64,000 nt of DNA from NCBI GenBank assembly GCA_021161255.1, contig JAGHAZ010000037.1, forward strand, positions 17,666 through 81,665, in the 5' to 3' direction. The notes beneath the pieces are model-generated. The model did no database searches. It saw only the letters and a list, made by a program, of their open reading frames with translations, and had not been told where the DNA came from. The stretch is from Candidatus Bathyarchaeota archaeon. Its GTDB lineage: Archaea; Thermoproteota; CALKCG01; B24. The position numbers and the translations under genes were made by a program. Positions 53,906 through 63,680 of this stretch are shown piece by piece; position 1 is the first letter of the stretch, and each line of letters opens with the position of its first letter.

Positions 53906-55130
53906 CCGGTATGACCACGTCGAAGAACCTAGCGAATATCTTCTTAAACGTCTCCGGGTGCTCCGTGTGGACGGGTAGAACTTTCAACCCATCCAAGCCT
54001 CTAAGCCTCGATAGGCACTTCCTAAGCTCCCATGGATACGCATGCCCGGAGGAATGTATGTGATACGCCTCCGCCCCAAGGAGGTTAAGCCAGTTCTGAA
54101 GCCTCCTGAAGGCTATGAAGGTCTCCTCCTCGAACGGCTCTGAGGAGCTTAAGACATAGACGCTACCGGGCGGAGGAGTGAGGGCTTTAACCTCCCTGAG
54201 GTTGTAGAACGAGGTGCAGAGTATATACTCCGAAGGATTCCTACGAAGCTCCTCCTCGACGTCTTCGTACTTTAAAACATCCTTACCCAAGCTTGGGGTG
54301 GCTAATCCCTCGACCCCTTCAAGCGCCTCCAGAACGGTCACGTGACGTTTAGTAACGGCGACCGCCCGTCCTAGATTCGAAGCTACACGGTACACAGTCC
54401 TGAGTCTATCCACGTCTCCAGGAGACATGTCGACTATGGCTAAACCCCTACACTCAGATAGGATCCTCGTCATCGCGTCCTCGACGTTCTTCTCAGACAA
54501 TGGCGAACACAGCTGACCTATGTTTGTGCCCTCGCATATGACGGTCTTAACATCCCTATCCAAAGCCAACTCGAATACATCAGTTCTAGGCTTGAAAACC
54601 CCGTGAGTTCTGAAATCCCCGAGATACAGCAGGTTGCCCGAGGAGGTCTCGACTATGAGGGCGTAGGACCCGGGGATACTATGGTCCACGGCTTGAAACT
54701 CGACGGTTACCGAGCCTACATGTATCCTACGGCCTGAATGCACGGGTTTAAACGTTAGATGGTCAAGTCTCTCGAACCGGCGTTTACGCCTAGCCTTAAG
54801 CCTAGCGTCGATTATACGGTGCGACGCCTCACCCATGTAGACGGGAACACCCTCCTCAGGCAGGACGGTTATCATACCGTAGTGGTCGCCATGCGGGTGG
54901 GTTATGAAGCACGCATCTAACCCCTTCAACACCTCTGGCTCAGGTATGAGACCGACCATGACGAGCTCCTCTACGCTCCTAGGCTCGGCGAATATATACT
55001 CGAAGTAGCTTCTCCAAAGCGAGTAGTTCAACCCATAGTCCAGAAGAACCTTCGTCGACCCGTCCTCGAGGAGGATCTGGTTCCCGCCTATGACCCCGCC
55101 GACGCCGCCGTAGAACGTGAGCCTAGCCAA
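53880..55130 (-). CDS. MBL-fold metallo-hydrolase (beta-CASP/RNase J-like size and layout)
   Basis: 'FITHPHGDHYG' (HxHxDH), 'AVDHSIPGS' and a late 'HSSGHA'. Assignment to a specific RNase is not supported. Confidence 0.75.
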   Translation of the reverse strand: MARLTFYGGVGGVIGGNQILLEDGSTKVLLDYGLNYSLWRSYFEYIFAEPRSVEELVMVGLIPEPEVLKGLDACFITHPHGDHYGMITVLPEEGVPVYMGEASHRIIDARLKARRKRRFERLDHLTFKPVHSGRRIHVGSVTVEFQAVDHSIPGSYALIVETSSGNLLYLGDFRTHGVFKPRTDVFELALDRDVKTVICEGTNIGQLCSPLSEKNVEDAMTRILSECRGLAIVDMSPGDVDRLRTVYRVASNLGRAVAVTKRHVTVLEALEGVEGLATPSLGKDVLKYEDVEEELRRNPSEYILCTSFYNLREVKALTPPPGSVYVLSSSEPFEEETFIAFRRLQNWLNLLGAEAYHIHSSGHAYPWELRKCLSRLRGLDGLKVLPVHTEHPETFKKIFARFFDVVIPVKGVSYDV

Positions 55131-55211
55131 TCCGTTTAAACCCCTTACCGGTTCGAGGACTTAAGGTTTAGGGTAAAAATGGGAAGATGTTTAAACGGGT
55201 TTCTCCGTTCT

Positions 55212-56420
55212 CTACCTTCCTAGCTTACCGTACAGCTGGTAGATGAGCGAGGCTATCTTCACGGCTCCGGAGGCATCTCTCTGGTCGAACCCTCTCCTCT
55301 TGAGGCTACGCAACTCAGGTACGAAGAGCGACGAAGGCGACTCACGCTTGACTATGTCGACGTTACCCTTGTAAAGCCTAACCCAGAGGGTTCCGTTGAC
55401 GTGTTTCTGGGTCGAGTCTATGAACGCGTCTAGGTCCCTCCTCAACGGATGGTACCACATCGCATGGTACACCATATCCGCCCAGAGCCTATCGACCTCG
55501 CGTTTAAGCCTGAGCTGCTCCTTGGTCAGCGTCAGATGCTCCAAGTCTGCATGTGTCTTAAGCAGTATCGTAGCCGCAGGCGCCTCGTAGAGCTCCCTAG
55601 ACTTCAAACCTATCATACCGTCCTCGAGTATGTCTATCCGCCCCACGGCGTTCTCGCCACCCACCCGGTTGAGGTATAGGATCATCTCCACCGGATCCTC
55701 GACGTCGTCGACCCTCACGGGAACACCCTGTTTATACTCTATGACCACTTCTCTAGGCTTGTCAGGGGCCTTCTCAGGCGGGACGACCCATATATAGTCC
55801 CGCGGATACTGAGACTCCAAGTCCTCGACCTGGCCGCTCCCTATCGAGTGGCTCCAGAGGTTTATATCTCCCCCGAGCTCCCCCCTCTTAGGCTTCGGAA
55901 CGATCCCATACTTCTCCCTGAGATATTTCTCCTCCACAGTCCTCACGAGGTTTAGCTCCCTTATCGGAGCGACCACCGTGATCTCCGGGTTTAGATACTT
56001 AGCCGTTATCTCCATCCTGAACTGGTCGTTCCCCTTACCCGTACAGCCGTGCGCGAAGTATTTGATACCCCGCTTGTTCGCTATCTCAACGCACTTCGAC
56101 GCGATGAGAACCCTGGTCATAGACGTCCCGATCGGATACCCCTCGTAGCTCCCGTTGGCCTTGATGCACTTAAACACGTAGTTTTCGACAAACTCCTTCT
56201 TAGCGTCTATGAAGATCGGCTTCAGCCCAAGCTTCTCAGCCCTCTCGTAGGCCGTCTGGATCTCCTCCTCTCCTTGGCCGACGTCCACGAGAACAGGTAT
56301 AACCTCTTTAAACCCGTAGACGTCCTTCAAAGCGACGATGACGAAGGTGGAGTCGAGACCGCCGCTGAACGCCGACACCGCGGTTTCTCCGTCATACCTT
56401 CTAGGAGGCTTAAACTCCAA
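55212..56420 (-). CDS. argG: Argininosuccinate synthase
   Basis: 'VSAFSGGLDST' PP-loop, 'AHGCTGKGNDQFR', 'DINLWSHS'. Confidence 0.95.
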   Translation of the reverse strand: MEFKPPRRYDGETAVSAFSGGLDSTFVIVALKDVYGFKEVIPVLVDVGQGEEEIQTAYERAEKLGLKPIFIDAKKEFVENYVFKCIKANGSYEGYPIGTSMTRVLIASKCVEIANKRGIKYFAHGCTGKGNDQFRMEITAKYLNPEITVVAPIRELNLVRTVEEKYLREKYGIVPKPKRGELGGDINLWSHSIGSGQVEDLESQYPRDYIWVVPPEKAPDKPREVVIEYKQGVPVRVDDVEDPVEMILYLNRVGGENAVGRIDILEDGMIGLKSRELYEAPAATILLKTHADLEHLTLTKEQLRLKREVDRLWADMVYHAMWYHPLRRDLDAFIDSTQKHVNGTLWVRLYKGNVDIVKRESPSSLFVPELRSLKRRGFDQRDASGAVKIASLIYQLYGKLGR

Positions 56421-56573
56421 AAGAAACCCTCAACACCCTGAGTAAAAGCTAGATATAAAGTTTTCCCCCTTAAGGTGGACGAACAGTATACGCTTATCTC
56501 AGAAGCTATTTCAACGTTCAAGCTTAACGTCGAGGCGGCTACCTTTATATAAACAACGAACCGATCAGGGGGG

Positions 56574-58079
56574 TTGATGGAAGGCGACATATTAAGGAGG
56601 GGTAGGATCCGGGGCGTTAAACCCCCCGAGGTCGACCGGTACACTTCGTCGATCGAAGCCGACAAGTGGATATTCGAGGCCGACCTGATGGTGGACAAGG
56701 CCCACGTAGTCATGCTCGTTGAGCAGGGGATCATACCCCTGGAAGACGGACTGGCGATAATCGAAAAGCTCGACGAGATAGGACGTATGGGGTACGAGGA
56801 GGTAACTAGGGGCTCTTTCGAGGACATACACGTAGCCATAGAGACGAGGCTTATAGAGGCTTTGGGCGAAGACGTCGGGGGGAGGATGCACACCGCGAGG
56901 TCTAGGAACGACGAGGTCGCCACGTGCATAAGGTTCGCCCTCAGGAGGCAACTAATCGGACTACTGGGTGAGCTTTTAGAGCTGATGAAGGTTCTACACT
57001 CCCGTAGCCTAGAGCATCTGGACGCCATAATGCCCGGCTATACGCATACCCAGCACGCGCAGCCGGTGACCCTAGCCCACCATCTAAACGCCCACCTCGA
57101 CTCGTTCGAGAGAGACTTCGAGAGGATTCTAGACGCCTACAGGAGGGTTAACCTATCCCCACTAGGAGCCGGAGCCCTAGCTACTACAGGGTTCCCGATA
57201 AACCGGTTTAGGACGGCTGAGCTCCTCGGGTTCGACGGTCTCGTCGAAAACTCTATGGACGCCGTCTCGGCCAGAGACTTCATACTCGAAACCCTATCCT
57301 GCCTAGCCATACTGGCCACCCACCTAAGCCGGATAGCCGAGGAGCTGGTCTTATGGAGTAGCCTAGAGTTCGGGTACGCCGAGCTTCCAGACGAATACTC
57401 GTCTACCAGCAGTATAATGCCTCAGAAGAAGAACCCAGACACGATGGAGCTGACGAGGGCTAAGGCGTGCAGGGTCTACGGAAACCTCGCGGCAGCCCTA
57501 TCGATGCTTAAGGCCCTACCGCTGACCTACAACAGAGACCTTCAGGAGGTTACGCCGAGGCTTTGGGACTCCGTCGAGACGGTTAGGTCGATGCTCAGAA
57601 TAGTATCAGGGGCCTTAAAGAACGTCGAGTTCAAAACCGAAGCCATGAGGATTAGAGTGTCCGAGGGGTTCTCGACTGCCACAGAGCTCGCCGACCTCCT
57701 CGTTAGAAGAAGGGGCCTAGCCTTCAGGACGGCCCACATGATAGTCGGAGCCCTCGTCTCCGAGGCCCTATCCAGAGGGTTAAAGCCCGAGCAGGTTGAT
57801 GGAAAGCTCCTAGACGAGGTTTCGGTTAGGGTCTATGGGAAACCCATGAACCTGGCGGACGAAGAGGTTAGGGAAGCCCTAACGCCGTCTAAGTGCGTCG
57901 AGGTCAGGAAGGTGGTCGGAGGGCCGAGCCCAGAGACTGTCCGAGAAGCCCTAGAACATAGACGCAAACTCATCGAAAGGCTCGAAAAGAAGCTCAAAAA
58001 CCTAGAGGAGAAGGAACACGCCGTCGAGAGAAGACTAGCCGAAGCTGTCGAGAAGCTGAGAAAGCAGCTCAGAGCATAA
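56574..58079 (+). CDS. argH: Argininosuccinate lyase (with ~40-aa coiled-coil C-terminal extension)
   Basis: 'TARSRNDEV', 'MPGYTHTQHAQP', 'GSSIMPQKKNPD'-like 'TSSIMPQKKNPDTMEL'. TATA-like TTTATATAAA at 56544-53. Likely start is ATG 56577. Confidence 0.95.
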   Translation: MMEGDILRRGRIRGVKPPEVDRYTSSIEADKWIFEADLMVDKAHVVMLVEQGIIPLEDGLAIIEKLDEIGRMGYEEVTRGSFEDIHVAIETRLIEALGEDVGGRMHTARSRNDEVATCIRFALRRQLIGLLGELLELMKVLHSRSLEHLDAIMPGYTHTQHAQPVTLAHHLNAHLDSFERDFERILDAYRRVNLSPLGAGALATTGFPINRFRTAELLGFDGLVENSMDAVSARDFILETLSCLAILATHLSRIAEELVLWSSLEFGYAELPDEYSSTSSIMPQKKNPDTMELTRAKACRVYGNLAAALSMLKALPLTYNRDLQEVTPRLWDSVETVRSMLRIVSGALKNVEFKTEAMRIRVSEGFSTATELADLLVRRRGLAFRTAHMIVGALVSEALSRGLKPEQVDGKLLDEVSVRVYGKPMNLADEEVREALTPSKCVEVRKVVGGPSPETVREALEHRRKLIERLEKKLKNLEEKEHAVERRLAEAVEKLRKQLRA

Positions 58080-58119
58080 AAAATTATAAACCCCCAGATA
58101 ATCTAACCTGATCCTGAGG

Positions 58120-58194
58120 GCGGCTGTGGTCTAGTCTGGTTAGGATGGGGGCCCTCCAAGCCCCCGATCGCGGGTTCAAATCCCGCCAGCCGCA
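58120..58194 (+). tRNA. tRNA-Gly (anticodon UCC), with an apparent C at position 33
   Basis: GCGGCTG-TG-GTCT(AGTCTGGTTA)GGAT-G-GGGGC(CCTCCAA)GCCCC-CGATC-GCGGG(TTCAAAT)CCCGC-CAGCCGC-A; no encoded CCA. Confidence 0.85.
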
Positions 58195-58226
58195 TCACCT
58201 TATTCGTTGAGCTTCTCAGCCTATCG

Positions 58227-59576
58227 CTAGTAATACGCGGGGAGTTTCCGCTGGTGCAAGGCGTTACGAAGGATCGTGCTCTTCCGTAGCCAGGCTTCCA
58301 TGGGCAAGGCGAGCTTCGAGAACATATGCCTAAGCGCGTCTTCGAGCCTGTCGAACTTCAACGGCGGTTTCCTGAGGGCGTTCCTGACGTTTTCCCTAAC
58401 CTGCCAGACCCCGACGGGCATTATATAGCCTGGATGGGCCTCCCGTAGTATCAGGACGGACGCCTGCCTCCCCTCTGCCACGAGCTTCTCCGCCACCGCA
58501 AGCCTGGCGGCGTAGTAGCATCCACCCATGTCTGCGTACGTGGTTCTACCGTAGTAGCCCTCGTAGTCTCCGTACATCGCCACGTCCTCCCCCCTCGGAT
58601 TCCACACGGTCCCTGGGTACCAGGCCTCTATGCTTTCGTAGCTCCAGCTCTCAGGGAGCATGAGTATCTCGAACCTGTTGTCTAGGTAGTTAGACTCGTA
58701 AACTCTATACTCGTTTATGACGGGGTTGTCTTTAACCCTCTCTATAAGCGCCTTGGAGACTATGCTGTCGACGGCTGTTATGCTCCACCTCGTAGGCACG
58801 AGTCTTCGACGCTTAAGCTCTCCGAAAGCCCCGACGCTGAAGGCTCTCTGAATCTTAGAAACAGGGACGCCGCTTTTATAGAGGTCTAGGACGGCCTCCG
58901 AAGCCTTCAGGTCGTAGTCGCTGTAGGCCTTCTCGAGCCTATAGTCGAGCTTCAAAGTCCCTATCCTGAGCGACCTCACAGGTGCTGAGGCTCCGAAGGG
59001 CTGAACCTCGTCGTCTAGTATGAAAACCCTCCTAGGCCTCCGCCTGAACGTCATCTCCACGTCTACAGATAAGCTCGATAGGGCAAGGTCTCTGACCTCG
59101 TCTAAAAGCCTGTTCGACCCCATCGGCTGGTCGACCCTAGTCCTGAACCTACCCCTAACCAGGCTGAACCGGTATTCCACGATCTCGTCTAACGGCTTGC
59201 CGAACCATAGCTCGGGCATATCCATTATCGAGGTGTCTCCGTGAACCGGAGGCGTCAGAGGCCCGACGTATACGTGTGGGTATCCTATCCTACCTACGAA
59301 CACGCTCGGAGGGCTAGACCCGTCTAGGCTAAGCCCCCTCACCCGGGATAGGCTTCGGATGTAGTATGTGAGCCTCACCACGATCGGGCATCTAGCCTTA
59401 CCGCATAGCATCCTAGCGCCTTTACAGAGGACGCATAAACTGCCTCTGGGAACCCTATATGATACGTCGACGTTACTGGGGCTGAGCTCCTTGGCTAGCA
59501 TAGGGTCGTCTATGAGGCGCGCTAGGTCTAGACCCAGCTTAGACCTCGAAAACACTGTGATCTTATCCTTCCGCAA
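58227..59576 (-). CDS. nreA: Archaeal Nre-family DNA repair protein
   Basis: N-terminal zinc-finger-like 'SLCVLCKGARMLCGKARCPIV' and overall ~450-aa size match the NreA family. Confidence 0.7.
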   Translation of the reverse strand: MRKDKITVFSRSKLGLDLARLIDDPMLAKELSPSNVDVSYRVPRGSLCVLCKGARMLCGKARCPIVVRLTYYIRSLSRVRGLSLDGSSPPSVFVGRIGYPHVYVGPLTPPVHGDTSIMDMPELWFGKPLDEIVEYRFSLVRGRFRTRVDQPMGSNRLLDEVRDLALSSLSVDVEMTFRRRPRRVFILDDEVQPFGASAPVRSLRIGTLKLDYRLEKAYSDYDLKASEAVLDLYKSGVPVSKIQRAFSVGAFGELKRRRLVPTRWSITAVDSIVSKALIERVKDNPVINEYRVYESNYLDNRFEILMLPESWSYESIEAWYPGTVWNPRGEDVAMYGDYEGYYGRTTYADMGGCYYAARLAVAEKLVAEGRQASVLILREAHPGYIMPVGVWQVRENVRNALRKPPLKFDRLEDALRHMFSKLALPMEAWLRKSTILRNALHQRKLPAYY

Positions 59577-59623
59577 CCCTACTATCGCTGATTTAGACGA
59601 CGGTCTTTCATAAACCTTTCATA

Positions 59624-60748
59624 CTAGCTTGAGGATACCTCGTCGAAGCTCATTATCCTGAGCCCTCTAGGCTTCTTCGCTATGTCGGAGATCCTACACC
59701 CGACGAGCAGGGTTATACCCTTCTCAGACGCTATGTCGACGATCCGCTGGGTGACTATACCGTCGAAGACCACAGCCTTCACACCGTCCATGTTTTTAAG
59801 CTTGTTCGCAAGCTCGCTCACAGGTATCTTAGCTATAGGCTTCATCTCCTCGTCGAAGACCACGGCTTCTAGGCTGTTCCTAAGCTCCTCGATCACAGCC
59901 TTCACAGGCTCCATAGAGACCTCGACAGCCTTACCCGGGATCTTCTCGGCCTTCTCAAGAAGCTCCAAGACTTCTTTAGGAGTTAGGTCCTCGACTTCGA
60001 CGCCCTGCGGAGCCCTGACGACGTGGGTTATCGGAACCGTCTGCATAAGCTCTTTGAGTATAAGGTCTCCACCCCTGTCGCCGTCCAAGAACGCTATGAC
60101 CTTCTTCTTAGACTTCGCAAGCTTGATCACGCTCTCAGGAACCTTGACGCCTTCAAGGGCTATGACGTTTTTGATACCGGCTTTGAGGAGAGTTATCACG
60201 TCGGCCCTACCCTCGACCAGTATCAACGTGTCGGAGGTCCCCGCCTCAGGACCCGCGGGAAGCCCCTCCGGGCCGTATTTAACGACCTCATAGCCCCTAG
60301 CCTCCTCCAGAAGCTTCCTAAGCAGCCTATCGGTGTCTGATGAAACCTCCATCTCCCACTTCCTCAGGATTTCACGGGCACGTTCGATTATCTGCTTCTT
60401 CTTAACCTCCCGGAGGTCCTCGATCTTCTCGAGCGTAACCTTAGCGCTGCATGGGCCGATCCGGTCTATGCTCTCGAGCGAGGCCGCTATTATGGCGACC
60501 GAAACCCTGTCGAGGCTCGTCGGGATCACGATCTTACCGTATGTCCTATCCCGTCTACTCGTTATCTTTATCTCTATCCTACCTATCCTCCCGGTCTTCT
60601 GAAGCTCCCTAAGGTCTAGCTCAGGACCGAAAAGCCCCTCGGTCTGGCCGAATATGGCTCCTATGACGTCAGGTCTCTCGACGACGCCGTCGACCTCAAA
60701 CCTAGCATATATAGCGTACTTAGCAGTTCCGGGTTGAGTTTGAACCAT
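59624..60748 (-). CDS. dnaG: Archaeal DnaG (TOPRIM primase-like, exosome-associated)
   Basis: 'AKYAIYARFEVDGVVERPDVIGAIFGQTEGLFGPELDLRELQKTGRIGRIEI' is the archaeal DnaG N-terminus. TOPRIM 'LILVEGRADV' and 'FLDGDRGGDLI'. Confidence 0.9.
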   Translation of the reverse strand: MVQTQPGTAKYAIYARFEVDGVVERPDVIGAIFGQTEGLFGPELDLRELQKTGRIGRIEIKITSRRDRTYGKIVIPTSLDRVSVAIIAASLESIDRIGPCSAKVTLEKIEDLREVKKKQIIERAREILRKWEMEVSSDTDRLLRKLLEEARGYEVVKYGPEGLPAGPEAGTSDTLILVEGRADVITLLKAGIKNVIALEGVKVPESVIKLAKSKKKVIAFLDGDRGGDLILKELMQTVPITHVVRAPQGVEVEDLTPKEVLELLEKAEKIPGKAVEVSMEPVKAVIEELRNSLEAVVFDEEMKPIAKIPVSELANKLKNMDGVKAVVFDGIVTQRIVDIASEKGITLLVGCRISDIAKKPRGLRIMSFDEVSSS

Positions 60749-60833
60749 AATCTGATATACACCTCGATATCTTAATATCGATAGTGCTCCCTCGATATTA
60801 AGGTTTCATAAAAAGGTTTAGTGAAAGACGGGT

Positions 60834-61880
60834 CTATGGGATCTCCCGGATAGGTAGCGTTATGAAGAGACCTATCAGAAACCCGGCTACCACATCTGAA
60901 AACCAGTGGTTTCCAAGTATCAGAATCTCGACTACGGTCGCTATGGATAACGCATACGCCAGAGCCGATAGGTATCTAGCCTTACGGTAGTAGCCTACAG
61001 AAACCCCGGCTAAAGCCGCGTGGTTGCTCGGGAAGCTGTAACCCGTCTTAACAGAGACCGGGGGCCTAGGCTTTCTGAAGAAAACCTTAGCCCACTGGGC
61101 TAGAACCGTCGAAGCGGCTAAAAGCCCCACCGCTTTTAACGAATCCCTCCATCTACCCTCCCTTAAACCGGAGAAGGCTAAGGTCAGGTAGAGCACCGGA
61201 AGCACAGCGTCTAGGGTGGTTAAGAAGCCCGTTAACCCTGTTAACGGAACCTGTTTAAAGAACGTGTACACCGTTGCATCCATCGTCTCGACGGCTTCCC
61301 GCAGGGTCTTGTTAAACCCCGTCGAGGTCGACAGGTGAATGAGTAGCCCCGACATAACCGGTACGGATATGTTATCGTCTAAACGCATAAGCGACATCTC
61401 CATTAACGCGGCTACTAGGCATGCGACAGGTAGGCAATAAGGGTCGACGTAGAGACTGGCCGCCAATGCCGCTAACGTAAACCCGGCTAAGGCTGTTTTA
61501 AGTCTCCAAGACGGTTTTTCACGCTCTCCCTTGACGGTTCTTAGGAGGCCTGCGAATCCGTCGCCTAAACCGGCTACCACGACGGCCGCTGAGGCTTCAC
61601 CTATGGGTAACAGGTTCATCAAAGCTAACGTCGCCGCGCCGAGGTAGATGGGCGACAGGGCTAGTTGCTTAACTTCTTCCCCGACGAGCAAGCGGTTATA
61701 AAGCCTTGTAAGAGGGGTTCTAAGACCTTTAATCCTAGCATATTCGTTTAAAAGATAGGCGGTTATGATGGAGACCGTTAAAACCGATGTGACCGTCAGG
61801 CCTAGTTGATTGTATAAGGTCACGGCGGTGAAGCATAGGGCTATGTGGATAGACTCCCTCGCGAGCTCCCAGTTACGCAT
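60834..61880 (-). CDS. Fusion membrane protein: N-terminal polyprenol/dolichol-kinase-like (CTP-dependent, cytidylyltransferase-family) domain + C-terminal PAP2 phosphatase
   Basis: N-terminal half: 'GLGDGFAGLLRTVKG', 'KTALAGF', 'RLDDNISVPV'. C-terminal half: PAP2 motifs 'KVFFRKPRP', 'SFPSNHAA', 'GNHWFSDVVAG'. Confidence 0.65.
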   Translation of the reverse strand: MRNWELARESIHIALCFTAVTLYNQLGLTVTSVLTVSIITAYLLNEYARIKGLRTPLTRLYNRLLVGEEVKQLALSPIYLGAATLALMNLLPIGEASAAVVVAGLGDGFAGLLRTVKGEREKPSWRLKTALAGFTLAALAASLYVDPYCLPVACLVAALMEMSLMRLDDNISVPVMSGLLIHLSTSTGFNKTLREAVETMDATVYTFFKQVPLTGLTGFLTTLDAVLPVLYLTLAFSGLREGRWRDSLKAVGLLAASTVLAQWAKVFFRKPRPPVSVKTGYSFPSNHAALAGVSVGYYRKARYLSALAYALSIATVVEILILGNHWFSDVVAGFLIGLFITLPIREIP

Positions 61881-61882
61881 AT

Positions 61883-62302
61883 CTATTCTCCGACTACCTG
61901 GACTATGACTGTTCGGCTTCTCGGATGTGTATCGACGTCGACGAATATTATCGACTGCCAGGTTCCCAGGACAAGCCTCCCGTCTACGACCGGTATCGTC
62001 TTAGACGGGTTCATGAGCATAGACCTGAGATGCGAATGCGCGTTTACCGGATGCTCATATGAGCCTCTCCTAGGGGCTAGACGTTCGAGCATGTCTTCGA
62101 GGTCTCTGAGCAGGTCAGGCGTATACTCGTTTAGCGTTATGATGGCCGTCGCGTGGGGTGCGAATACGTGGGCTAAGCCGTTCCGGATACCCGACTTCCT
62201 CACGGCCTCCGCGACCCTACCTGTGAGGTCTACGAAATCCACCTCTCCACGAGTGTTGAACCTTATGGTCTCCGTATAGACTTTAAACCCTCCACCGGTC
62301 AT
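61883..62302 (-). CDS. yjbQ: YjbQ/UPF0047-family protein (secondary thiamine-phosphate synthase-like)
   Basis: 'HATAIITLNEYTPDLLRDLEDML', 'NAHSHLRSML', 'GRLVLGTWQSIIFVDVD'. Confidence 0.85.
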   Translation of the reverse strand: MTGGGFKVYTETIRFNTRGEVDFVDLTGRVAEAVRKSGIRNGLAHVFAPHATAIITLNEYTPDLLRDLEDMLERLAPRRGSYEHPVNAHSHLRSMLMNPSKTIPVVDGRLVLGTWQSIIFVDVDTHPRSRTVIVQVVGE

Positions 62303-62409
62303 GGTGCCACCTCCTAATAGGGATTAGCCGCCCCTCTAATATGTGTATCCCAGCCTGATGGAAAGGCTTAAACATAGAACCCCCTCTAAGATTTCCACGG
62401 TGTTTCGAG

Positions 62410-63192
62410 ATGCCCTTGAAGTTTGGAGCGGTCCTAGATAGAAGAAGTATCACGAAGGAGAACCTTGAGAAGCTTAAAAGCCTCGGGTTCGACGGTGTGG
62501 AGCTTTTCATCGGAGAGCCGTCTGAGCAGAACGTGAAGCCGATAGCTGAAACGGTTAAGCCCCTTCTCGATGCGGGGTTTCAGGTCTCAGATATATTCGC
62601 GTCGGGGGTGGACTTGGTCAGGGTTGCTTTAGACGAACTCGAGAGCGTATACGCCCGGTGTCGGCAGGCTTTCAAAGCGGCTAGACTCCTCGAAACATCT
62701 ATAGTATTGCTACCTGTGTTCAGAACACCACCCGGCGTGGATAGGGCTACCGTTCTAGCCAAGGCTTCTGCGGCGTTGAAAAGGCTCGACGGGTTGGCTT
62801 CGGAGTACGGTGTCAGACTCGCCTTAGAGCCGCTGAACAGGTATGAAACCAATATTCTCAAGACGATGTCTGAGACTCTGAGATTCCTAGAGAACCTGGG
62901 TTGCGAGAATGTTAAAACGATGGCCGACCTATATCACATGAGCATCGAGGAGGCTTGGATACCCGACGCTCTGAGGCTCATAAGCGGCTACCTAGTCCAT
63001 ATACACGTGTCAGAGAACCACGGCGGGATCCCAGGCACGGGAACGCTACCCTATCCGCAGGTCATGAGAACCCTCAAAGAGGTCGGCTACGACGGGTTCA
63101 TGTCGATCGAGTTCCATAAAGGATACCCCGACGTTATGGAGGCGTACGGCAGATCCCTAAAATACCTCAAGGCCTTAGCCGACGTAGTCTGA
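62410..63192 (+). CDS. Sugar phosphate isomerase/epimerase (xylose isomerase-like TIM barrel)
   Basis: 'LALEPLNRYET', 'MADLYHMSIEE', 'HIHVSENHG', 'SIEF'. Confidence 0.75.
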   Translation: MPLKFGAVLDRRSITKENLEKLKSLGFDGVELFIGEPSEQNVKPIAETVKPLLDAGFQVSDIFASGVDLVRVALDELESVYARCRQAFKAARLLETSIVLLPVFRTPPGVDRATVLAKASAALKRLDGLASEYGVRLALEPLNRYETNILKTMSETLRFLENLGCENVKTMADLYHMSIEEAWIPDALRLISGYLVHIHVSENHGGIPGTGTLPYPQVMRTLKEVGYDGFMSIEFHKGYPDVMEAYGRSLKYLKALADVV

Positions 63193-63290
63193 AACCCGAT
63201 GATAGCTCGGCCGAGTTAAGGCTTCTTCGACTCTAATTTTTCAAAAACAATATTAGACAGGGGTTTAAATAGGGTCTAATTAGGGTTGGC

Positions 63291-63680
63291 TTGAAGCTTC
63301 CTACCGAGTGGGTCGATAAGGCTGAGTTTTTGCTAAGAGATGCTGAGGCTCATATATCTGATGGTGTTTACTGGATGTCCTGCTTCGAGGCTCAGCAGGC
63401 CGCTGAATTGTATTTGAAAGCCCTAAACCTGGCTCTGACGGGCCTTCATCCATACACACATGACTTAGTCGAGCTACTGGAATCGCTTAGAGAACTCGGG
63501 TTGAATCCTCCGGAAAGCCTGTACGTTTACGCCGACGCCTTAACTCCACACTACACGATGTCAAGATACCCGGGTAGGAAGCCTTTAACCTACGATAGGG
63601 GCTTAGCCGAGAGGTGTGTGAAGTATGCCAAGAGGATCATCGAGTGGGTTAAGGCGGAGGCTTCTAAGGTCGAGGGCTAG
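63291..63680 (+). CDS. HEPN-domain protein
   Basis: 129 aa, helical. 'AQQAAELYLKAL' and 'YTMSRYPG' (R-x4-6-Y/H HEPN region). Immediately followed by an MNT gene. Confidence 0.8.
   Translation: MKLPTEWVDKAEFLLRDAEAHISDGVYWMSCFEAQQAAELYLKALNLALTGLHPYTHDLVELLESLRELGLNPPESLYVYADALTPHYTMSRYPGRKPLTYDRGLAERCVKYAKRIIEWVKAEASKVEG

Noticed and set aside
56327-57028. 233-aa ORF antisense to argG/argH
   Set aside because: It is Ser/Pro/Ile-rich and low in complexity, and it overlaps two strongly supported genes. This is a typical shadow ORF. The same reasoning applies to 59682..60293 (antisense to dnaG), 10204..11328 (antisense to ilvD), 11973..12353 and 12852..13190 (antisense to leuA), 24950..25477, 44655..45065, 52167..52619 and the other internal antisense ORFs in the track.
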